A stretch of 64,000 nt of DNA from a virus (taxonomy: Duplodnaviria > Caudoviricetes), in IMG/VR virus record IMGVR_UViG_3300037067_008637, positions 1 to 64,000 of that record, one strand, 5' to 3'. Below, piece after piece: positions 57,895 through 64,000 of this stretch. The notes under the pieces were generated by a model, which worked only from the letters and a program-made list of their open reading frames with translations, was not told the origin of the DNA and made no database searches. A program made the position numbers and the translations under genes. Each line of letters starts with the position of its first letter. Positions within the stretch are counted from its first letter, which is position 1.

Positions 57895-58221
57895 CTATCC
57901 TACAATTTGGCCCCCACCCAATTGGAGACGCGGGCGATGTTCAGAAGGAAGTTGCTTACCCTTCTGTACAGACTTTCCATCGCTTTCAAGAGCGTGCCCT
58001 AAAGTAATCTGGCCTTTGTTCAAATCGACAGTGCTATCCTTAATCTTTTCCAAACCTGTCCGATTCATCGTCTCGACAATCGAAGTCGGAATATCGGGAA
58101 GCGTGACGTCAATTGTTTTGTTGTTAAGAATTGCCAACCGAACAACCAAATCATCCCCGACTACTTCATAATTCTTCAACTTGCCTTCGATCTTATTTGT
58201 CACCGCTAAAATTGTAAACAT
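57895..58221 (-). CDS. Hypothetical protein
   Basis: GGAGG RBS before ATG at 58221 (MFTILAV...). Confidence 0.55.
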   Translation of the reverse strand: MFTILAVTNKIEGKLKNYEVVGDDLVVRLAILNNKTIDVTLPDIPTSIVETMNRTGLEKIKDSTVDLNKGQITLGHALESDGKSVQKGKQLPSEHRPRLQLGGGQIVG

Positions 58222-58338
58222 GGTATACCTCCGTTTACTAGTGAGAGTGATCGAACGATTTGAAAAGACACAGCGTCTTTCTATACATCTTCTTTCACTC
58301 ATTCATGCAACAATCATTCATTCAGAAGTTGCATATAT

Positions 58339-58776
58339 TTATTCTTCTGGGGATTCCTCATTTTTCAAACGAAGAAACTCTATATATTTTTCGAGTCGAA
58401 CACATGCTGTTAATATATCTCCATAAAACAAATACTCCAAAGATTTGTATACATCCGTATCCTCTGGAATACCCCAATCATCTGCTACTTCAGATACATG
58501 AAACGTATTGTTATCCAGTTTGGCCGCAATTGATTCCCTAAAACTTTTGTTCTTCCAAACCATCCAACGTTTCATATACCAAACGGCTTTTTCGAGATCC
58601 TCAATTGGTTTACCCTTGTCCTTATATCGGGCGATATACTTAACTGAGTTAGCCAAATGAAACGGTAAATCCCATTCCTCTAATACCTCAATTACTTCGA
58701 ATCTCCCTTTGATATAATGTCTCGGGCTGTTTATCATCTTATTAACGGTTTCAACTAATACTGTGTTTTTCGCCAT
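58339..58776 (-). CDS. DUF3310-like protein
   Basis: INSPRHY..EVIEV..FHLANSVKYIARYKDKGK.IEDLEKAVWY. Confidence 0.8.
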   Translation of the reverse strand: MAKNTVLVETVNKMINSPRHYIKGRFEVIEVLEEWDLPFHLANSVKYIARYKDKGKPIEDLEKAVWYMKRWMVWKNKSFRESIAAKLDNNTFHVSEVADDWGIPEDTDVYKSLEYLFYGDILTACVRLEKYIEFLRLKNEESPEE

Positions 58777-58843
58777 TGTTGATTCTCCCTCTTTTGCGGT
58801 TTTGAATTTGTCCGCAAATATGGTGAAACAATCAGCAGCTGAA

Positions 58844-60157
58844 GTGAACTACTGGTCCCTAAAGGAACCAGCTTCCTGCGTTGCCGCAATACTATCCGAA
58901 AAATCGGAATGATTCTCCAAATAGGCCTGTCCCAGGCAAAGTATGTTTTTGGCCGCATTGACATCTCTATCTTCAACATAACCGCAACTGCAACTCATAG
59001 TTCGATCAGAAAGCGGCATAGTGTGCAACTTTCCGCAATTGTTACACATTTTGCTGGTATTATATGGATTGACTTCTATGATTCGGTTGCTCTTGTATTT
59101 TAAGAACGATATCAATTGACCCAAACACGAATTTCTCAATTCTCTATTTAATCCGGTTATTTCACTTTCTGACATTTTCTTCAATTGAAGATTTTCAATA
59201 ACAATTGTATCAAATTTTTGAGAAAGGTTATAAGAAACCTTATGCAAAAAATCCGATTGTTTTCGGCTCTTTGCATCATACAATTTATTGATCGTCTTAG
59301 AAAGAAAACGCCATTTTCTTGAGTATTTTTTACATTTCTTGTCTCTCCTTGATTTCAGTTGATTGATTTGTTTATCAAAATATTTTGCATGATTTTTGTT
59401 CTTAATGATTTCACCATCAGATGTTGCAACAATATTAGTGATACCGAGATCAATGCCAATAATTGAATTACTTGTTTCTACGGATTTCTTTTCACCCTCG
59501 GACGTGATACAAATATACCATTTATCGTCTTTCGTTGTGATGTATAATTGTTTGATAGTTCCTTGTATTTCTCTGTGCTTAGAAATCTTAATTGATCCAT
59601 ATTTCGGAACTTTTACGTGATTATCCAAAATCTTGAAATGAAGTGATTGTGGATAGCAAATTCCAAAGAATTCTCTGCAGGATCTGAATCTTGGATAACC
59701 TTCTGGTTTTCCATCTTTACGAAGATCCAATTCCTCTTTGGAATTCCTAAGGAGATCATGAAATTTGTCGAAAGCTTTTTGCAATCTTAATGGAACTTGT
59801 TGCAACACCTGACTATGAATCTCCAAAAGAGATGGATCATCTTGTTTTAATGAAACCAATTCCTGTTGCTGATCATATCTAGTAATTTCATAATCACCTG
59901 TTAGATTTCTTTGTTCTAAGAAATAATTGTACAATCGATTAAGACGATTGGCGTGAGTCCAAAGCTTCCTTATCTGATCCTGTGTAGGATAAGCTCTGAA
60001 CTTATAAGTAATCATTCGTCTTTCGAAATCCTTTTTGTTTTCAATATATTCCTTTAGAATCATTATATTGTAAGTTTGTTCTGCTTATTTCAAATGGGTT
60101 TATATATGAAAATTATTCGTCACCTACTGCCTAAAGGCAGAGGATTTCTTCTTGAGG
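58844..60157 (-). mobile_element. Non-autonomous IS200/IS605-family element
   Basis: Left hairpin CCTCTGCC-TTTA-GGCAGTAGG (60123-60143), right hairpin CTGGTTCC-TTTA-GGGACCAG then TAGTTCAC; tnpB only; boundaries approximate. Confidence 0.75.
58849..60063 (-). CDS. tnpB: TnpB RNA-guided nuclease
   Basis: YKFRAYPT HTH, GIDLGI, IVIENL, TSKMCNNCG..CSCG..DRDVNAAKNI. Confidence 0.93.
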   Translation of the reverse strand: MILKEYIENKKDFERRMITYKFRAYPTQDQIRKLWTHANRLNRLYNYFLEQRNLTGDYEITRYDQQQELVSLKQDDPSLLEIHSQVLQQVPLRLQKAFDKFHDLLRNSKEELDLRKDGKPEGYPRFRSCREFFGICYPQSLHFKILDNHVKVPKYGSIKISKHREIQGTIKQLYITTKDDKWYICITSEGEKKSVETSNSIIGIDLGITNIVATSDGEIIKNKNHAKYFDKQINQLKSRRDKKCKKYSRKWRFLSKTINKLYDAKSRKQSDFLHKVSYNLSQKFDTIVIENLQLKKMSESEITGLNRELRNSCLGQLISFLKYKSNRIIEVNPYNTSKMCNNCGKLHTMPLSDRTMSCSCGYVEDRDVNAAKNILCLGQAYLENHSDFSDSIAATQEAGSFRDQ

Positions 60158-60541
60158 TTAATTATCTGAGATTGATCCGAACATATATTTAGGAGCACCA
60201 TATTCGGTAGTGGGAACAGGAAGAAGTTGGTTGACGCGTCTTTTCCAATCAGGAAATGTCTCGGCTAATCTATCGGGAACTGTGTCGTATCCGTCACTTC
60301 CCACGCATCCAACTCCTACAATCAAAGTTTCATACCCAACAGCAGTTGTGATTCCTTTAGGAAGCTTATAATTGACTAATTCTACATTGCTCCACCATTT
60401 ATCACACCATTCATCCCTGCCAATACCCAAAAATTCCCAAAATGCTGCATCATCCTCATAATCCCTGACATTCAATTCCCATCCACAAATTACAAAAGAA
60501 GTGGAACTAGAATTTGATACGAAACCACAACGAATTTTCAT
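60158..60541 (-). CDS. SNSS-motif family protein
   Basis: MKIRCGFVSNSSSTSFVICGW. Confidence 0.75.
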   Translation of the reverse strand: MKIRCGFVSNSSSTSFVICGWELNVRDYEDDAAFWEFLGIGRDEWCDKWWSNVELVNYKLPKGITTAVGYETLIVGVGCVGSDGYDTVPDRLAETFPDWKRRVNQLLPVPTTEYGAPKYMFGSISDN

Positions 60542-60554
60542 TTCTTTGTCTCCT

Positions 60555-60926
60555 TTAGCATGGATATGTTCCAGTGAACAAATGAGGAGGTCCTACCAAT
60601 CCAAAGTGTTCTCCCCAAGGCATAAGTTGATTAATCCAGTCAGAAATATCTATATCTGATTCATCCAATCCGCCTTCGTCCTCACCAGTGATTGTTCTTC
60701 CAAAGAACATTCCGATTTCATTAATATGTCTAACTGATCCAAAACTCTTTCCTTCCTTGGAAGAGATCATATCAATAGAATCGCATTCTTCACATCCTAG
60801 AGTTACACAATCGTCGCAAATAAACTTCTGACAAACTTCTTTCGGATCAGTTTCCTTCAATTTCCATCCAAGGAAAACAAAAGAACTACTAGAAGAATTT
60901 GATACAAATCCCGTTCTAATTTTCAT
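60555..60926 (-). CDS. SNSS-motif family protein
   Basis: MKIRTGFVSNSSSSSFVFLGW (start reassigned to 60926). Confidence 0.75.
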   Translation of the reverse strand: MKIRTGFVSNSSSSSFVFLGWKLKETDPKEVCQKFICDDCVTLGCEECDSIDMISSKEGKSFGSVRHINEIGMFFGRTITGEDEGGLDESDIDISDWINQLMPWGEHFGLVGPPHLFTGTYPC

Positions 60927-61317
60927 CTCCACATCTCCTACTATAACCATTCAACCGAATTGCAATATCCTCTAATGAGGTGAAGCATTCTCCGCCATTT
61001 CTCTTCACCATTTCCCCAACTTGTTTCAAACTCTTAATTTGAAAAGGGGAAAAGCCATCTTCTAAATAGCAAAAAAGACATTTGTTTGGACGCTTATTAC
61101 TATCGTCTATCACTTCAGCAATACTATAGACACCCGTCATTTCAGATGTGATAACATACAAACAAAAATCACATGATGCTCTCTGCCTAAGCTCTTCAAT
61201 CATAAATTCTGGAGTCCAATCATCCACAACAGGATTGAAATAATCAATCTCTAACATAGGGATGAGTTTTTCTCTCCAAGTGCTATTATTGCATGTTCCG
61301 CCCAAAAATACTTTCAT
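60916..61317 (-). CDS. Nucleoside 2-deoxyribosyltransferase-like domain protein
   Basis: KVFLGGTCNNSTWR..YFNPVVDDW..E..CD..LYVIT..GVYSIAE. Confidence 0.75.
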   Translation of the reverse strand: MKVFLGGTCNNSTWREKLIPMLEIDYFNPVVDDWTPEFMIEELRQRASCDFCLYVITSEMTGVYSIAEVIDDSNKRPNKCLFCYLEDGFSPFQIKSLKQVGEMVKRNGGECFTSLEDIAIRLNGYSRRCGDEN

Positions 61318-61326
61318 GAATCCTCC

Positions 61327-61707
61327 TTAACCCAAAGCATCTAATATATACACTCTTGGTTCTTTATTTTCAATCTCCTCATCAATTCCTAATTTCTCTG
61401 TAGGAGTAAGCCAACTTTGCCAATCCCTCAAAGGTTCTCCATCATCAGAAGAATCAGATACACCTATATAGTTTCCGATATAGAAACAATCATCCTCGTT
61501 ACAAAATCCTAAGTTCTTTTCATAAAGAACATCACAAATTGCTCCAGTAATATTATTATCGGACATACCAGGATCAAGCGTTTCTCCACATAACTTGGTG
61601 AATAATGCCCGCAAGGATTCTGTATCTTTTGGCATTGGATACTTCCATCCACAAACCAAGAAGGATGATGTGGAACTATTACTTACAAAACCTGTTCGAA
61701 TTTTCAT
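61327..61707 (-). CDS. SNSS-motif family protein
   Basis: MKIRTGFVSNSSTSSFLVCGW (start reassigned to 61707). Confidence 0.75.
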   Translation of the reverse strand: MKIRTGFVSNSSTSSFLVCGWKYPMPKDTESLRALFTKLCGETLDPGMSDNNITGAICDVLYEKNLGFCNEDDCFYIGNYIGVSDSSDDGEPLRDWQSWLTPTEKLGIDEEIENKEPRVYILDALG

Positions 61708-61708
61708 A

Positions 61709-62086
61709 TCAGTCGTGCCACGCATCTTGATGAAAAGACGGTTTAACATCTTCTGATAGTCCCAATAACTTCCTAATTTTTTCCGCTTCTTCAGCCATAT
61801 GTGAAGGATCCGTATTACCGGAAATTTTCACACCAAGGTAAACACCATCACAATAAGGAGGTTTCTCAGTCATATCACTGTAACCCAAATCATCTTCAAA
61901 CCAACCCTCAAGTTCTTCTCCATCACAATCATCCGCAATATTTGCGTTAGGATCAATCACTTTGATAAAATTGATTTTTCCCATTCTCTCTGCAATGGCA
62001 TTGATTTCCTCTTCCTCGAAATACCAGCCATAGATACAAAAAGACGATGTAGAACTATTGCTTACAAACCCTTGTCTGATTTTCAT
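61709..62086 (-). CDS. SNSS-motif family protein
   Basis: MKIRQGFVSNSSTSSFCIYGW. Confidence 0.75.
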   Translation of the reverse strand: MKIRQGFVSNSSTSSFCIYGWYFEEEEINAIAERMGKINFIKVIDPNANIADDCDGEELEGWFEDDLGYSDMTEKPPYCDGVYLGVKISGNTDPSHMAEEAEKIRKLLGLSEDVKPSFHQDAWHD

Positions 62087-62098
62087 TTGCCTTCTCCT

Positions 62099-62509
62099 TT
62101 AGAATGAATCCCCATGTACAATGATTTCGCAACCGTAAACTTCAACCTGTTCTGTTCCTACTGACGCAATTGCTGATTCAATTTCATTACCATTATCTGT
62201 GGCTGCATTACAACGCAAAAGAATCTTACCATTCGCAAAAGCATTTTTTGCACTGTCTAATTGCTCATCATATTCTCGTTCAAATGATTTTCTTTTCTGT
62301 TCATCCATCTCATCACTCCAATAATCACTGAACAACCAATCATAAAACTCTTTATATGTTTTGAATGTTGTTTCATCCGAATCACGAAGATCCACAACAG
62401 GAATTTCCAGTGTTACCGAAATGACAGCATCACCCATATGAAGAGGATCAACGGCAACAACGAAACTGGTGGATGAACTGTTGCTTACGAATCCGATACG
62501 AAGTTTCAT
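62099..62509 (-). CDS. SNSS-motif family protein
   Basis: MKLRIGFVSNSSSTSFVV. Confidence 0.75.
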   Translation of the reverse strand: MKLRIGFVSNSSSTSFVVAVDPLHMGDAVISVTLEIPVVDLRDSDETTFKTYKEFYDWLFSDYWSDEMDEQKRKSFEREYDEQLDSAKNAFANGKILLRCNAATDNGNEIESAIASVGTEQVEVYGCEIIVHGDSF

Positions 62510-62517
62510 AATTCCTC

Positions 62518-62820
62518 CTAAGAACCCACAAGGTTAGTTATATTTTCATCTGGAACCCCAATTTCATGCAAAAATTCCACCAGGGGAAAATTGTCTATAC
62601 AAGTGAAACATTGGAAGAAATCTTCTCCCTCTTTGATATCCCATTTGACATTACATTTGGGTTTTCCCAACCATGGATGTGTTCTCTCCCAACCGGGAAT
62701 CAACTTATAGAACTTGTCATGGTTTCTCACCTTATTCATCTGTGCTTCTGACAATCCTGTTTTCAAGAGAGTGAAACTACAGGATGAACTATTACTGACA
62801 AAACCAATTCTCACTTTCAT
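62518..62820 (-). CDS. SNSS-motif family protein
   Basis: MKVRIGFVSNSSSCSFTL. Confidence 0.75.
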   Translation of the reverse strand: MKVRIGFVSNSSSCSFTLLKTGLSEAQMNKVRNHDKFYKLIPGWERTHPWLGKPKCNVKWDIKEGEDFFQCFTCIDNFPLVEFLHEIGVPDENITNLVGS

Positions 62821-62832
62821 AACTGTTTCCTT

Positions 62833-63225
62833 TCACCTCAAAGATTCCCATTCTTTCCATTTCCAATTATTTCGTTTTCCTCCATCTCTCAATTCATAAT
62901 CAAATATTTTCCCCAACATATCACCTTGTTCGTCTCCGAAAATCCACGCACAACTCATTCCCGGAAGAATTGTATAAATCCTTTTGTTCTTCTGAAAACG
63001 GTTCTCTGCATCAATAACCATTATTTTGTAAGCATCCCCCAAAGATTTTTCATCATATGTGGATGCTCCATGATTGATATCTCCATACTTGTCAATATAA
63101 CTTATCAATCTCTCTCTACCAACATCCCGTACAAAATCAACAAGCGTTCTCGAAATCTTTGCGTTGTTTTGTATCATAAAGGACGTTGATGAACTATTGC
63201 TCACGAATCCAATACGAATTTTCAT
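62833..63225 (-). CDS. SNSS-motif family protein
   Basis: MKIRIGFVSNSSSTSFMI. Confidence 0.75.
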   Translation of the reverse strand: MKIRIGFVSNSSSTSFMIQNNAKISRTLVDFVRDVGRERLISYIDKYGDINHGASTYDEKSLGDAYKIMVIDAENRFQKNKRIYTILPGMSCAWIFGDEQGDMLGKIFDYELRDGGKRNNWKWKEWESLR

Positions 63226-63683
63226 GGCACATTCCCCACCTGTGGTTCATCATGATACACCACATATTTGATGTCACATGATTTTCCTTCTATTCTTGCT
63301 TTCCATCTCCTGTAATCACTGACTAGAAGATCAATACTTTCCGGCCGATATAAAATATCAGGATCAATATTATTCTCCAAATAGACAGCCATCTCTAAAG
63401 CCACGATTTTTTTCTCATCTTTGTCCCAGATTCCACTATGAGCTGTGACAAATGAAATAGAATGATGACTTGGATATTTTCCTACATGTTCCGTATGAAA
63501 TCCACTAATAATTCCTTTTGCTTCTCTTGCAGAAATAAGATTTCCGATTTCTTCCAGAGAGATTTCAATATCAATCACCTGTCCTGAGTTTCTTTCATCA
63601 TTGACTGTAATTATGAAAAAATCATCCCTTTTATTTGACGAGACTCTACTAAGCCTCACACCAACTTCTGTCACGTGTCCCAT
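63222..63683 (-). CDS. Hypothetical protein
   Basis: 153 aa, AAGGAG RBS; first gene before the SNSS array. Confidence 0.6.
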   Translation of the reverse strand: MGHVTEVGVRLSRVSSNKRDDFFIITVNDERNSGQVIDIEISLEEIGNLISAREAKGIISGFHTEHVGKYPSHHSISFVTAHSGIWDKDEKKIVALEMAVYLENNIDPDILYRPESIDLLVSDYRRWKARIEGKSCDIKYVVYHDEPQVGNVP

Positions 63684-63707
63684 TATATATCTCCTTATTC
63701 ATATTAC

Positions 63708-63744
63708 TGAGGGATGATATCCAATAATTAGATACCATCCCTCA
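63708..63744 (-). terminator. Intergenic stem-loop after the BRCT/ligase gene
   Basis: TGAGGGATGGTATC-TAATTATTG-GATATCATCCCTCA; weak U-tract. Confidence 0.5.
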
Positions 63745-63752
63745 ATATCTTC

Positions 63753-64000
63753 TTATATTACAACCATTTCAATAAACTCACTTTCACTAATTACAGTCAC
63801 TCCGAAGCTATTTGCTTTGTCAAGTTTGCTTCCAGCTTTCTCTCCTGCAATCAAATAACTGAGATTCTTGCTAACACCGCTGGATACTGTTCCACCATGT
63901 TGTTTGATCAATTCTTGAATTTCAGTTCTCTTGAAATTCGCAAGTGTACCTGTAACACAAAAGGATTTTCCATCCAATACATTATCCACCATAGTATTCA
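63753..64000 (-). CDS. BRCT domain, probably the C-terminus of an NAD-dependent DNA ligase (truncated by window)
   Basis: GKSFCVTGTL..KRTEIQELIKQHGG.VSSGVSKNLSYLIAGEKAGSKLDKA; frame stays open to the window edge. Confidence 0.8.
   Translation of the reverse strand, partial: NTMVDNVLDGKSFCVTGTLANFKRTEIQELIKQHGGTVSSGVSKNLSYLIAGEKAGSKLDKANSFGVTVISESEFIEMVVI

Noticed and set aside
57895-58221. Protein ending GGGQIVG as a second ubiquitin-like modifier
   Set aside because: No beta-grasp pattern leading into the terminal Gly, and it is 17 kb from the E1/E2 genes
60158-63225. Recurring ~45-nt DNA motif read as a CRISPR array, attC cassette array or DGR repeats
   Set aside because: The repeats are the coding 5' ends of paralogs with synonymous variation and 300-800 nt spacing; no cas, integrase or reverse transcriptase gene is present
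1-64000. Stop-codon reassignment (TAG or TGA), common in some large phages
   Set aside because: Long conserved genes are intact under code 11, and TAG/TGA end genes cleanly right before the next RBS or start

Overview
AT-rich, densely coding segment of a large (jumbo-type) tailed phage with a contractile tail. It uses the standard genetic code and is almost entirely on the minus strand after about 4.9 kb. In order along the window: baseplate genes (gp25-like, gp6-like), a candidate phiKZ gp68/AR9 gp226-like promoter-specificity factor, a tail initiator, a 2460-aa tape measure protein carrying M23/lysozyme/M23 hydrolases, large terminase, a hub-like protein, a MoxR AAA + HExxH-vWA pair, a minimal PolB-like protein, FolE, and unsplit multisubunit RNA polymerase beta and beta' genes. 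These are followed by an intein-containing GATase-QueC fusion, an apparent four-gene ubiquitin-like conjugation operon (wHTH-Ubl ending KAG-Q, E2, E1 lacking the usual catalytic Cys, JAB), and two TnpB-only IS200/IS605 elements with near-identical right ends. The remainder holds Mre11/Rad50, a clamp-like protein, QueD, an SF2 helicase, type II topoisomerase A/B, eight small paralogs sharing an N-terminal MKxRxGFVSNSS(S/T)xSF motif, and the BRCT end of a probable NAD-dependent ligase. The best candidates for undescribed biology are the Ubl-E2-E1-JAB operon abutting Gat-QueC and the SNSS-motif paralog array. All family calls come from recognising motifs by eye; no searches were run. No tRNA, rRNA or CRISPR array was seen.
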